From positions 1-64,000 of the IMG/VR virus record IMGVR_UViG_3300025085_002722: a stretch of 64,000 nt of DNA; one strand, written 5' to 3'. Both the position numbers and the translations under genes were made by a program. Origin of the DNA: a virus. Below, one piece after another: positions 1 to 10,074 of the stretch. Numbering within the stretch: the stretch's first letter is position 1; each line of letters begins with the position of its first letter. The notes below the pieces were generated by a model. It ran no database searches, was not told the origin of the DNA, and saw nothing but the letters and a program-made list of their open reading frames with translations.

Positions 1-555
1 TTTACACCCATATCAGAAAAGTACATGAAAGCAGATGACCCAGAAGGATTAGTAGAACTAATAAACAGTTTCTTAGATAAAATGACTAAGATAGTTTTGA
101 AGAACGGCGGTACAATAGACAAGTTCATGGGCGACTGTATAATGGCGTTTTGGAATGCACCTTTACCATGTGAAAATCATGCTGAGATGGCAGTTAAAAC
201 AGCAATAGAAATTGAACTACTTGGCGACGAACTAGAAAAAGAAATGGAACAACGTGGCTTGCCAAGAGTGAAATTTGGTACAGGTGTAAACACTGGTACA
301 TGTATTGTCGGCAACATGGGTGCTGAAACTAGATTGGATTATAGTGTTGTAGGTGATGCTGTAAACTTAGGTGCTAGACTCGAAGCACAAACAAGAGCAG
401 AAGACACACCAATTATTGTTTCTGAATATACATACTTGCAATGCAGTGATATAGCATTTAGTAGCATAGGCGAAGTTACTGTGAAAGGTAAGGAAGAGCC
501 AGTTAGAATGTATGCTCCATTATTTGATGGTAAAGTTAGAAAACTTTACAAGTAA
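1..555 (+). CDS. Class III adenylate/guanylate cyclase catalytic domain (5' truncated by window edge)
   Basis: Frame open from base 1 (FTPISEKY-M...). Motifs GGTIDKFMGDCIMAFWNAP, GVNTG..IVGNMG and DYSVVGDAVNLGARLE. The Lys/Asp specificity residues are the ATP-using type. Confidence 0.92.
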   Translation, partial: FTPISEKYMKADDPEGLVELINSFLDKMTKIVLKNGGTIDKFMGDCIMAFWNAPLPCENHAEMAVKTAIEIELLGDELEKEMEQRGLPRVKFGTGVNTGTCIVGNMGAETRLDYSVVGDAVNLGARLEAQTRAEDTPIIVSEYTYLQCSDIAFSSIGEVTVKGKEEPVRMYAPLFDGKVRKLYK

Positions 556-1179
556 TTATTCGTCAGGTGACCAATGTTCCATAGAACGGAACACACTTCT
601 TGCAGTAACTAGATCTTTTTTAAGTTCTATTAAATAAAGAAATTCAAAAGGCTTCTCGCCAATTTTTTCTAATGGGTAATGATATGTTGATGTTATATGA
701 TCTATTGCATTAATGTCTCTTTGCACACAATTAATAATAGTATTACGCCATTCTGCATCTTTAAACATATCTAGTACAAAAACATGTACATGACTTTCGG
801 GGTTATAACTGTTCATTATATTAAGTAATTCGTAGTATAATGCTCGAATAGGATTTAAGTTTTCTCTGTACTTAGAACTAACAATAGGAAATTTCCATTT
901 ATCTTCTTTGGTACATTGATGTTTATAAAAATACAAGTACTCTTCCATAAACGATTCATAAATGTTTTCTTGACTTTTACGCAATCTACTAGCAAGTATG
1001 CGTCTTATTTTATTGAGAAGTTTGAGATGATACTCGGATAATGCACCTTTATACATACTATGCAAATCATCAGGATTCATGCGACCATCGATAAATTCGA
1101 TTGGCACTTCGTTAGACTTTGCAAACTTTATCAGTAAGTTTTCTAGTCTTATCTTTTTAAAATCTATTATGTCTGGCAT
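556..1179 (-). CDS. Hypothetical protein
   Basis: 207-aa ORF, last gene of the minus-strand gp14-gp15-NUDIX run; no motif recognised. Confidence 0.7.
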   Translation of the reverse strand: MPDIIDFKKIRLENLLIKFAKSNEVPIEFIDGRMNPDDLHSMYKGALSEYHLKLLNKIRRILASRLRKSQENIYESFMEEYLYFYKHQCTKEDKWKFPIVSSKYRENLNPIRALYYELLNIMNSYNPESHVHVFVLDMFKDAEWRNTIINCVQRDINAIDHITSTYHYPLEKIGEKPFEFLYLIELKKDLVTARSVFRSMEHWSPDE

Positions 1180-1682
1180 TTATGTAAATTTAATATAGTT
1201 TCAAGTTTTTCGTTACCTTTATTGTAACTTAAGGTTGCTCTGGCACCCTCGTGTAATGGCTTTGGCCATGTACCGATGTTTACCCAAGCATACCCACAAC
1301 TTTCACCATTTAAATTTGGCATAAATTCGTGTTCTATGACTGCAACAAAACTATAATACATAAAGTTTTTGTCCTTACTTTGATAAACATCAATAGGATT
1401 TAGTTTATTAATATCTGGAACTAACCCTAATTCTTCATCAAGTTCACGTGTTAAGGCTTCATACGGTGACTCGCCTTTTTCAACAAGTCCTCCCCAAAAC
1501 CCCCAAGTGTGTTTATGTCGTTTGTCGCTGTTTCTGAATTGTAAAAGTACACGTTCTGTATCAAGAGCAAGAAATAATGTGCCTACGCCTATAACACCTA
1601 CAAAAGGTTCTATAGGACTAGAGTCCAATATCCCGGATTGTATTCCCCCTCGTATATGCTCAGCCATTGTGTTCCTGTCCAT
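1167..1682 (-). CDS. NUDIX hydrolase
   Basis: Nudix box GGLVEKGESPYEALTRELDEELG. True start may be the in-frame TTG at 1628, which shortens the overlap with the gp15-like gene. Confidence 0.9.
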   Translation of the reverse strand: MDRNTMAEHIRGGIQSGILDSSPIEPFVGVIGVGTLFLALDTERVLLQFRNSDKRHKHTWGFWGGLVEKGESPYEALTRELDEELGLVPDINKLNPIDVYQSKDKNFMYYSFVAVIEHEFMPNLNGESCGYAWVNIGTWPKPLHEGARATLSYNKGNEKLETILNLHKCQT

Positions 1683-2971
1683 TTGTATACTTTGTTTGTA
1701 TTTAAGTTTCTGGTTACTGCTGTAGTATTAATGTTGGCACTTGCATCATATGAAACCGTCCAATTAGAACCGTTAAATTCTATTATGTCATTTTCTGATG
1801 CGTCAATGTTCCACTCTGGATAACCAGTTTTTGAAAGATCTTCTGTAATTAAGTATCGCTGACCAATTTCTAGGTTTGCTAGTGTACCATCACCTGGTAT
1901 ATTATTATGTGGATTGATAATTTTTTCAATATTGCCTATAGTAGGAGCGGGTAATGTATCAGTATCTAGATTAAAAATTAATTGGCTGTCGTCTGACGGA
2001 TGTTTTGCAATAGTTCCTGCAATATCCTGCGAGTCGTCTTCCATATCATTTGTAATTTTTAATTTTAAAATGCTGGTATCATCTATTAATTCTTTGTCGT
2101 ACATGGCTAGTAATTCAGTCCAACTCTTTGTCTCTATACCACCTGAGTCATATAGAGTTGCAGAATTGCTTAAAATACTAACTTTGTAATTACCTGGTGA
2201 AACAATTAAACGTGATTGGATATCAAAACTTCTAAAGAAATCATGTATGTCTTCATCATATCCAATTTCGCTAAGTGATTGCCCACCAAAATCTGTTATA
2301 ATATTGCTATGTATTTCGTGTATAATACTTTGTCTTTTAACTTTAGCAGGTGGATTAATCCAAATAGGCAAAGTAAATGTTAATGTTGTAACATCTATTT
2401 GCTCGTCTACACCTGCAGGAATACTTCTATTAGTAAACTGTATATCGGTTAATTCTACTTCAACAATTTGTGTCCAATCAAACGGATTAGAGTTTTGTTG
2501 TAACTGTATTGTTGGATTAAATAGAACTAGTATTTGTTCCATTAACTGTAATTTAGTATCAGTATTGGGTGTCCATATATCAACTTGCATGGTTAAGTTA
2601 TATGGAACTGGCATATATCTATTAATTGTATATTGATTGCCTTGTTCTGCTTCATAACTTTGTGTATCGTTATTAAACTTTCTTTCTGTGATACTTTTAG
2701 TATCTGTAAAGAAAGGATCTTGAGTTCTATCTCTAGCAATTTGCAAACTTTGTATGCTAACACCTATAAAAGGTGTACTGTTAATAACATTTTCTGAATT
2801 TTGTCTAAGAATATGCGAAACCATTCTGCTTGGATCTGCATATCTTATAGGCACAGTATTGTATCTTTCGTCCTCACCGTCCCTACTGCCTTCTTTAACT
2901 TTGAATGCATGAAATATTCTAATAAATTGTAGAATATATCGTCTTATTTGTTCATCATACCAGTACTGCAT
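1610..2971 (-). CDS. T4 gp15-like tail terminator/sheath stabiliser with C-terminal extension
   Basis: YDEQIRRYILQF, VPIRYA and MPVPYNLTMQVDIWT...QLMEQILVLFNP resemble gp15; adjacent to the gp14-like gene. Confidence 0.8.
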   Translation of the reverse strand: MQYWYDEQIRRYILQFIRIFHAFKVKEGSRDGEDERYNTVPIRYADPSRMVSHILRQNSENVINSTPFIGVSIQSLQIARDRTQDPFFTDTKSITERKFNNDTQSYEAEQGNQYTINRYMPVPYNLTMQVDIWTPNTDTKLQLMEQILVLFNPTIQLQQNSNPFDWTQIVEVELTDIQFTNRSIPAGVDEQIDVTTLTFTLPIWINPPAKVKRQSIIHEIHSNIITDFGGQSLSEIGYDEDIHDFFRSFDIQSRLIVSPGNYKVSILSNSATLYDSGGIETKSWTELLAMYDKELIDDTSILKLKITNDMEDDSQDIAGTIAKHPSDDSQLIFNLDTDTLPAPTIGNIEKIINPHNNIPGDGTLANLEIGQRYLITEDLSKTGYPEWNIDASENDIIEFNGSNWTVSYDASANINTTAVTRNLNTNKVYKWTGTQWLSIYEGEYNPGYWTLVL

Positions 2972-2973
2972 AG

Positions 2974-4047
2974 TTAATTATCCGTCTTAGGTTTAACAAC
3001 TTTACTGAGGTTTGTTCTTTCATTAGTTATAGTACCGTCTGTGTTTGTTGTCTCTGCTGTGTTATTTATAAACCCATCTAATATTCTATTAGCACTCGAG
3101 AACACTCGCGTACTATCATCTGCAACTTTAACCCAGCGATTACCTGATTTTTTAAATATCCTGCTAGGATTAAAATCTGTCCTTAAGAAATAATCGCCAT
3201 CAACTGCGGCTAATGGAAATGTTATACCACTACCTAATAATGTTGCACCATTTGGAGCACCTTCGACAGTTCCAATAAATGGTTTGCCCTTGGCATTTTC
3301 ATCTACAAATAAATGAGCACCGGCGGCATAGTATGGATCATGTGGTACATTATTTTCTGCTTGTTGCACAATAGCATCTGAAATATCAATTTCATCCTTA
3401 TATGTACTAATAATATTTCGTAAATCGTCTTCTTCGTCGCCATAGCCAATAATATCTCTGTATTCTTGACTGTCGCTTATTGGGCCTAACTTACATCTCC
3501 ACATATGAGGCCACCAATTAGGATCAAATCCTTCGGAAGGCCTACTTGCATCTGTAATTACATAAAATCTGTTTATAGCATCTTTGCGATCATCTAGTAA
3601 TAAGTCATCTCTCAAATGAGGCAACTCGATAACATCGCCTGCCATAAGTTTTCTGCCTAGTGTAGATACCATTGTTTCAATATGAAAATTCATAAACAAT
3701 GTATCATTCTGTAAGAACATACCAAATTGTGTCAGATCAAAGTCTGAATCACTTACAGTATATGTTCCTCTTAGTTCATATATGTTATCATCATACTTTC
3801 TGTCTCTGTTTTCTAAAAACAACACATCTTGTATAAATGTTTCACCAGTTTTTTGATTACCGTCTGAATCGTAACTGTTATCTTGTTGTGGTTGTGTAAA
3901 ATCATTAGTGTCACCTTGATCGTGTACACCTAAGTATTTGTGAATATTTACGCCAGTGCCTCCGGCATAAATATTTTCCGCCACAATACCATCAACAAAC
4001 TTATAGTCGTTACGTTTTACTGGATTCCATAAACTAATTTTAGGCAT
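2974..4047 (-). CDS. T4 gp14-like neck/head-closure protein
   Basis: LFLENRDRKY..YELRG, DLTQFGMFL and GDVIELPH resemble gp14-family proteins; late promoter directly upstream. Confidence 0.7.
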   Translation of the reverse strand: MPKISLWNPVKRNDYKFVDGIVAENIYAGGTGVNIHKYLGVHDQGDTNDFTQPQQDNSYDSDGNQKTGETFIQDVLFLENRDRKYDDNIYELRGTYTVSDSDFDLTQFGMFLQNDTLFMNFHIETMVSTLGRKLMAGDVIELPHLRDDLLLDDRKDAINRFYVITDASRPSEGFDPNWWPHMWRCKLGPISDSQEYRDIIGYGDEEDDLRNIISTYKDEIDISDAIVQQAENNVPHDPYYAAGAHLFVDENAKGKPFIGTVEGAPNGATLLGSGITFPLAAVDGDYFLRTDFNPSRIFKKSGNRWVKVADDSTRVFSSANRILDGFINNTAETTNTDGTITNERTNLSKVVKPKTDN

Positions 4048-4052
4048 AACAC

Positions 4053-4059
4053 TATTTAT
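4053..4059 (-). promoter_or_regulatory. T4-like late promoter (ATAAATA), leaderless type
   Basis: Minus strand reads GATAAATA-gtgtt-ATG(4047). Confidence 0.75.
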
Positions 4060-4063
4060 CAGA

Positions 4064-4092
4064 TTGACAACGGTTTAATTTTTTGCTATTAT
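4064..4092 (+). promoter_or_regulatory. sigma70-type promoter
   Basis: TTGACA(4064-69), 17 nt, TATTAT(4087-92), then 6 nt to ATG 4099; no SD. Confidence 0.7.
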
Positions 4093-4098
4093 AAGAAC

Positions 4099-4308
4099 AT
4101 GGAAATTGCAGAATACATTATATTTGGCTTTTGTATATTAGGTGTAGGTTACACTTCATACAATATTGGTTACAAAGAAGGCATAGACACAGGTATCAAA
4201 CTTGGTGCTGGATTTATGTTTGAGAAGTTCTGGGCGTTGGGTAAACCACGCAAAAGAGACCCTCAAATAAGATACGTCGAAATGACAAAAGACGAGATTA
4301 TACTATAA
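4099..4308 (+). CDS. Small membrane protein
   Basis: 69 aa with N-terminal hydrophobic helix (YIIFGFCILGVGY); has its own promoter. Confidence 0.65.
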   Translation: MEIAEYIIFGFCILGVGYTSYNIGYKEGIDTGIKLGAGFMFEKFWALGKPRKRDPQIRYVEMTKDEIIL

Positions 4309-4377
4309 TATATCTTTATTTGACACCTTTTTTGCCAAAAAAATTATATATAGTTTTTAAAATGAGTAATTATTGGT

Positions 4378-5541
4378 ATGGCTAGACAGAAAAAACAGCG
4401 ATCAGTGTATATCACTACAGAGCCCGATTGGAAGACTCTGAAGTTAATCACTGACCCAGAAAAACAAAAAGAAGCATTTCGCAGTTGCGAATACTTTGCT
4501 AGAACAGAAGTTAGTAAAACTAAAGGATTACCTATTGTCAAAAGTTGGATCAAAGATCATGCAGGATGGACGCCTGAGGAAGTAAAAATTATTTTAGCAA
4601 ATCCAGACTGGACTTTTAGTTCTTGCATAAGCACACTTTTTGTATGGCACAAATTAGGATACATGCCAGACCATTTACGCGAACATTACGAAAAACGTAA
4701 AAATGAAGAATGGATGCCAAGAGGCAAAAAGGCTCTAGCAGAGAAGATAGAAAAAGTCGAAGCAAAATTAGCCAAGCCTGTAATCAGTATACAGCAAAGA
4801 ATGAAAGAACAAGTATCTGATTTATGCGGTGAGTTTGAATTCTTTATTGATCAATGGATTGATGGAGAAAAAACACTCAAAGAGTTTGACCCGTATAAAA
4901 TGATGATGTCTTATCAGCCTGAAATTAAAGGCCCTCATGCTAAAATAATTAAAGAAGATTTTGAAGCACAATACAACGAAGCAAAATTAGTAGTTGAATG
5001 GCAAGACGAAGACATAAAAGAAGGCTATAGTCACTTTGATGCTAAAATGCGTAAAACCTTCTTACAAGTGTTTGAAAAGATCAATACTGCTTGTGATACT
5101 ATTGTGGCAACAAAAGCCACTACACGCAAGGCTCGTAAGCCTAAGGCACGGTCTAAAGAGGCTATCGTAAAGAAATTAAAGTATGCTGTAAACTTTCCAG
5201 AGTTAGGATTAGCAAGTTTGCACCCAACAGATATAGTTTATGCTAATGAAGTTTGGGTATACAACACTAAGACTAGAAAGATAGGTGTTTATCATGCTAA
5301 AACAATAGATCCAAAAAACATGCAAAGACCTGGAACAGGTATAATGGTTAAAGGAACAACACTACAGGATTTTGATGAAGAAACTAGTATACAAAAAACA
5401 CTGAGAAAACCAGCAGAAATGCTTAAAGGATTTGATGCAGGTAAAATGAAATGCAAAAAATCCTTTGAAGAACTCACTACAACACCTACTAAAATGAACG
5501 GTAGATTTAACGAGCATACTATTATACTTAAGAGTTTTTGA
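4378..5541 (+). CDS. Conserved hypothetical protein of T4-like phages
   Basis: 387 aa. C-terminal VWVYNTKTRKIG..VKGTTL..FDE..SIQKTLRKP...NGRFNEHTIILK matches a family I recall from marine T4-like phages. Confidence 0.75.
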   Translation: MARQKKQRSVYITTEPDWKTLKLITDPEKQKEAFRSCEYFARTEVSKTKGLPIVKSWIKDHAGWTPEEVKIILANPDWTFSSCISTLFVWHKLGYMPDHLREHYEKRKNEEWMPRGKKALAEKIEKVEAKLAKPVISIQQRMKEQVSDLCGEFEFFIDQWIDGEKTLKEFDPYKMMMSYQPEIKGPHAKIIKEDFEAQYNEAKLVVEWQDEDIKEGYSHFDAKMRKTFLQVFEKINTACDTIVATKATTRKARKPKARSKEAIVKKLKYAVNFPELGLASLHPTDIVYANEVWVYNTKTRKIGVYHAKTIDPKNMQRPGTGIMVKGTTLQDFDEETSIQKTLRKPAEMLKGFDAGKMKCKKSFEELTTTPTKMNGRFNEHTIILKSF

Positions 5542-5552
5542 TAAATAGTTGT

Positions 5553-6308
5553 ATGAGTGCAACAGAAACCCCTAGAGATAGACTAATTACAGAGATCAAG
5601 TTACGTTTAGGTGACGGAATGATCGACGTGGAATTAGATCCAGAACACTATAATCTAGCAATAGACAGAGCAATACAAACAATCAGAAGTAGAAGTGATT
5701 CTGCTGTAGAAGAAAGTTATGCTTTTTTGCAAACACAACCAGATGTACAAGAATATACACTTCCAGGTGAAGTGTTAAATATCAGAAGAGTATATCGAAG
5801 AGGTGTTGGTGGTGGTAACATAGGTACAGGTACAAACTTTGATCCGTTTGACGTTGCATTTCAAAACACATATCTAATCAATGCAGGTGTTGTTGGTGGT
5901 CTAGCCAACTATGATGCATTTACTCAATACAAAGAAACACTTAATAGAATATTTGGCGGTGATTACGACTTTACATTCAACACAAATACCAAAGTGTTAA
6001 AATTATTGCGTAAGATATCTATAACAGAAGACATAATGATACAGATTTCTAATTTAGTGCCAGAACAAAATTTATTAGAAAACGAGTATTCCAGACCATG
6101 GATGGCAGATTGGGCATTAGCAGAAGCAAAAATGATGCTTGGTGAAGCAAGAAGTAAGTATGCTTCAGGCTTGCCAGGGCCACAAGGTTCCGTTCAGTTA
6201 AACGGCGAGGCTTTAAAGCAAGAGGCCATGACTGAGAAGGAAAGATTACTACAGTCAATAATTAACATGGAAGAAGGAAATAAAAATTACGGCTTTGTTA
6301 TAGGATAA
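5553..6308 (+). CDS. T4 gp13-like neck protein
   Basis: IKLRLGDGMIDVELDPEH, LGEARSKY and LPGPQGSVQLNGEAL. Start moved to ATG 5553, 5 nt after ATAAATA(5541-47). Confidence 0.82.
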   Translation: MSATETPRDRLITEIKLRLGDGMIDVELDPEHYNLAIDRAIQTIRSRSDSAVEESYAFLQTQPDVQEYTLPGEVLNIRRVYRRGVGGGNIGTGTNFDPFDVAFQNTYLINAGVVGGLANYDAFTQYKETLNRIFGGDYDFTFNTNTKVLKLLRKISITEDIMIQISNLVPEQNLLENEYSRPWMADWALAEAKMMLGEARSKYASGLPGPQGSVQLNGEALKQEAMTEKERLLQSIINMEEGNKNYGFVIG

Positions 6309-6989
6309 ATGAACACAATAGGATTATTAGGTAATATAGGATCAGGTAAAAACACCGTAGCACAATATTTGGCAACTAAAGGTTGCATTCCAACATCATT
6401 CGCAGGCCCACTAAAAGACTTATGTGCAAACGTATTTGGCTGGGAAAGAGAATTACTAGAAGGTGAATCAGACGAAAGTAGACAGTTCAGAGAAACTGTT
6501 GATATGTTTTGGAGCAAAAAATTAAGTATTCCTAATTTTACTCCAAGATTAGCATTACAATTAATAGGCACAGATGTAATGCGTAATCATTTCAACGAAA
6601 ATATATGGATAAGCAGTTTAGAATACAGAGTTAAAAAACTGCATCATCAAAATGAATGTGTTGTTATAAGCGATTGTCGTTTTCAAAACGAAGTCAACAT
6701 TATACAGTCAATGAATGGTACTGTTATTTTAGTAGAAAGAGAAGAAAAACCTGAATGGTATGATATTGCACTTAAGGCCAATGAAGGTGATGCTGTAGCA
6801 AGGCACATAATGAATAGAGATTTCAAACATGTTCACGCAAGTGAATGGGATTGGATTGGTTGCCATATAGACTTTACAGTAAAAAATAACGGAACCAAAG
6901 AAGAACTATTTGAACAAATAGATGAAATTATTGAAAAACTTCCACAAAAACCAGAAATATTCACAGATAATACCATAGAGATAATTTAA
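6309..6989 (+). CDS. Deoxynucleoside monophosphate kinase (T4 gp1-like)
   Basis: P-loop GNIGSGKNT, SFAGPLKD, TPRLALQLIGTD, VISDCRFQNE, HASE. Confidence 0.9.
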   Translation: MNTIGLLGNIGSGKNTVAQYLATKGCIPTSFAGPLKDLCANVFGWERELLEGESDESRQFRETVDMFWSKKLSIPNFTPRLALQLIGTDVMRNHFNENIWISSLEYRVKKLHHQNECVVISDCRFQNEVNIIQSMNGTVILVEREEKPEWYDIALKANEGDAVARHIMNRDFKHVHASEWDWIGCHIDFTVKNNGTKEELFEQIDEIIEKLPQKPEIFTDNTIEII

Positions 6990-7062
6990 GGTCTTATTTA
7001 TCATTTTTTATAAGAATTACTGATTTGTTATTTTTATAATACCACATTTATTGCATTTTTTA

Positions 7063-7069
7063 ATAAATA
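7063..7069 (+). promoter_or_regulatory. Late promoter for tail sheath (leadered)
   Basis: ATAAATA-catgt-A, followed by SD AGGAG before ATG 7104. Confidence 0.7.
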
Positions 7070-7103
7070 CATGTAACCAAATAAGGTATTATAGGAGAAA
7101 AAT

Positions 7104-9965
7104 ATGGCAACATTAGTATCACCTGGTGTAGATATTTCAGTATCAGACGAATCGTTTTATTCGCCTGGCGGTCCTGGAACAGTACCTTTGATTGTAATTG
7201 CAACAGCAAAGAACAAATCTAATCCTGATGGATCGGGTCTAGCACCTTACTCCAAAGCAGAAACAGACAATGAACTTTACTTAATTACAAGTCAAAGAGA
7301 ATTGTTACAGCAATACGGAAATCCACAATTCTACAGCACAGGAGGAACTCCACAACATGGTTACGAATTAAACGAGTACGGTTTATTAGCCGCACATAGT
7401 TTTCTAGGTCTGGCTTCAAGAGCATACGTTCTTAGATCAGATGTAGACTTAGATGAATTAAAACCATTGTCAAATGCACCGTCGGCTGATCCGGCAGATG
7501 CAACTATATGGGTAGACTCAAGTGCTACTAAGTGGGGTATCTTCGAATATAACACATCTTCATCAAAGTATGAAGAAAAAACAGACGTAAAAATATTTAC
7601 AAAAGACGAAATTACCAGCGGTGGCGTACCAAAACCATCAGTAGGTAAAAATGGCGATATCGGGATCTTAGGTATAGATCAAAACGGTAAAGCAAAAGCA
7701 GAAGTAGTATATTACTTAAAAGCATCATCTGTATGGCATGAGTTGACAGATGCAAGTACATTTGTATCTAATACTTCTAAAGACTGTCAGTTTGTGACTC
7801 ATTTAAACAGACCAACTACAAGAAAAGACAGTAGTGCTCTTCAAAGTGGCGATTTAATTGTTCAAACAACATCAGCCGCAAGTGGATTAAAGTATGGACT
7901 AAAAGTTTATAACTCATCTACTGCATCATGGGTCAGTACAACAGCAGAAGGTTATGCCAATTCAGCAAGTGCTTATGCAAGTACAAGCATTGGTGCAACA
8001 CCAGACGCCGGCACATTCTTTGTAGAATATGATTCAGGTAATAAACTGGACTCAGACGTACATGGAAGATTTGCTTTAAGAAGACATAACGGTCAAAGCA
8101 GTTTACAAATACAAAGTTCAGCCGCTATTAGCGATACTGCAATAGCAAAACAAACAGGCGGTTCAGACTATGGTATCAGATTAAAAATTGATAATAGTGC
8201 ATCAAATATTGATGTTAAATTTTCAACTGATACAAGTGGCGACGGTAACGTTAGTGTTGATGACATTGTTCAAGACATAAATGACCAATTATCATCAACA
8301 AATGTAGTAGCATCAAACGTATCTGGTAAACTTACACTTGTTTCCAATGACGGTAAAGACATTGATGTTTTCAATGGAGATGTAGGTGGTGTATCATTTA
8401 ATGTATTCACAGAATTAAACATTGCTACAGGTAATTACAGTAACTTTAAAGTTGCAGACGTTTCTGGAACAGTTGCACAAATTGATAGTAAAAATTATGA
8501 ATTTGGTACTACAGCACCAACTGGTGATTTAGCAACAGGTAAACTTTGGTATGATAGCAGTAACAATGTTGACATTTGGTACAACAAAAATGTTGGCGGA
8601 ACTGCAACATGGACAAAATACTCAGCAGACTACGATGTAAACGTAGCGGCGAGTGAGCCTACAACACAAAGCGATGGCGGTTCTTTAGTGGACGGCGACC
8701 TTTGGGTTGATTCAGATAATTTAGAAGATTATCCATTAATTTACAAAAGAAAATCAAGTGCATGGGTACTAGTTGATAATTCAGATCAAGTATCAGCAGA
8801 CGGCGTCCTGTTCTTAGATTTAGCATCATATGGCGCATCAGTGGTAGACGCAGATGCAAAAGATCCAGCAACAGTACCATTTGGTATTTTAGCATGGAAC
8901 TTTAGAGCCAGTGGTAAAAACGTTAAGAAATACTACACTTCATATTCTTACAGTGGCGGTACACTATCTAACGTATGGGTAAGTGAGTCAGGCAACAAAG
9001 CAGACGGTTCACCATACATGGGTAGAAAAGCACAAAGAAAAGTTATTGTACAATCAATGCAGGCCGCATTAGCAAACAATAGCGAAATCAGAAGTGAAGT
9101 TAATTTCTACAACTTGATTGCCGCTCCTGGATATCCAGAACTAATAGATGAGATGATTACTCTTAACACAGATAAGAAAGAAGTCGCATTTATTGTTGGT
9201 GATAGTCCAATGAGATTAAAATCAGATGCAACCAGCATTAAAAACTGGTCAACCAATGCCAATAACGCAAGTGAAAACGGTGAAGATGGACTTATTGCAA
9301 GTAATCCATACGTTTCAGTTCACTATCCATCAGGTTTAACAACAAACTTAGACGGAAGTAGTGTTGCTGTACCGGCTTCTCATATTGCATTAAGAACATT
9401 TGCATTTAATGACAATGTGGCATATCAATGGTTTGCACCAGCAGGGTATCAAAGAGGTATAGTACAAAACGCAACTAGTGTCGGTTATGTTGACGGACCA
9501 AGTGGCGAGTTTGTACCTGTTTCATTAAACAACGGACAAAGAGATACACTTTATGCAAATAAAGTTAATCCAATTGCTAACTTCCCAGGAAGAGGCTTAG
9601 TTGTATTTGGACAGAAGACTCTAAACCCAACTGCAAGTGCATTAGATAGAATTAACGTAGCAAGGCTTGTAAACTATATTAGATATCAATTAGATATCGC
9701 AGTTAAGCCTTTCTTATTTGAACCAAATGATGGTATAACCAGATCAGGTGTTAAGCGAGTTGCTGATTCATTATTATCAGAACTAGTTACACTAAGAGGT
9801 CTATTTGACTTTATTAGTGTTTGTGATACAACAAATAACACACCTGCAAGGATTGACAAAAACGAATTATACTTGGATATAGCAATTCAGCCAACTAAAG
9901 CAGTTGAATTTATATACATTCCGATTAGAATTCAGTCAACTCTTGGTCAAACAGGCTCAGAATAA
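7104..9965 (+). CDS. Contractile tail sheath protein (gp18-like), 953 aa
   Basis: N-terminal LVSPGV; C-terminal WFAPAGYQRG, RDTLYANKVNPI, GQKTL, LDRINVARL, FEPND and IQPTKAVEFIYIP. Confidence 0.95.
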   Translation: MATLVSPGVDISVSDESFYSPGGPGTVPLIVIATAKNKSNPDGSGLAPYSKAETDNELYLITSQRELLQQYGNPQFYSTGGTPQHGYELNEYGLLAAHSFLGLASRAYVLRSDVDLDELKPLSNAPSADPADATIWVDSSATKWGIFEYNTSSSKYEEKTDVKIFTKDEITSGGVPKPSVGKNGDIGILGIDQNGKAKAEVVYYLKASSVWHELTDASTFVSNTSKDCQFVTHLNRPTTRKDSSALQSGDLIVQTTSAASGLKYGLKVYNSSTASWVSTTAEGYANSASAYASTSIGATPDAGTFFVEYDSGNKLDSDVHGRFALRRHNGQSSLQIQSSAAISDTAIAKQTGGSDYGIRLKIDNSASNIDVKFSTDTSGDGNVSVDDIVQDINDQLSSTNVVASNVSGKLTLVSNDGKDIDVFNGDVGGVSFNVFTELNIATGNYSNFKVADVSGTVAQIDSKNYEFGTTAPTGDLATGKLWYDSSNNVDIWYNKNVGGTATWTKYSADYDVNVAASEPTTQSDGGSLVDGDLWVDSDNLEDYPLIYKRKSSAWVLVDNSDQVSADGVLFLDLASYGASVVDADAKDPATVPFGILAWNFRASGKNVKKYYTSYSYSGGTLSNVWVSESGNKADGSPYMGRKAQRKVIVQSMQAALANNSEIRSEVNFYNLIAAPGYPELIDEMITLNTDKKEVAFIVGDSPMRLKSDATSIKNWSTNANNASENGEDGLIASNPYVSVHYPSGLTTNLDGSSVAVPASHIALRTFAFNDNVAYQWFAPAGYQRGIVQNATSVGYVDGPSGEFVPVSLNNGQRDTLYANKVNPIANFPGRGLVVFGQKTLNPTASALDRINVARLVNYIRYQLDIAVKPFLFEPNDGITRSGVKRVADSLLSELVTLRGLFDFISVCDTTNNTPARIDKNELYLDIAIQPTKAVEFIYIPIRIQSTLGQTGSE

Positions 9966-9981
9966 GATTATTCTAAAAATT

Positions 9982-10013
9982 ATAAAGGGTGGATTTTTCC
10001 GCCCTTTATTTTT
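9982..10013 (+). terminator. Rho-independent terminator
   Basis: ATAAAGGGTGGA-TTTT-TCCGCCCTTTAT stem (one G-U pair) followed by a T-run, just after the sheath stop. Confidence 0.8.
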
Positions 10014-10025
10014 GGCCGAAAGATG

Positions 10026-10032
10026 ATAAATA
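10026..10032 (+). promoter_or_regulatory. Late promoter for tail tube (leadered)
   Basis: GATAAATA-aatgt-A; SD AGGAG before ATG 10075. Confidence 0.7.
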
Positions 10033-10074
10033 AATGTAATTAGCATGTATAACATGTGATTAGGAGATCGAAAG

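Noticed and set aside
6995-7001. Minus-strand GATAAATA pointing antisense into the dNMP kinase gene
   Set aside because: No start codon or Y-A at the expected spacing; the heptamer is frequent by chance in AT-rich DNA.
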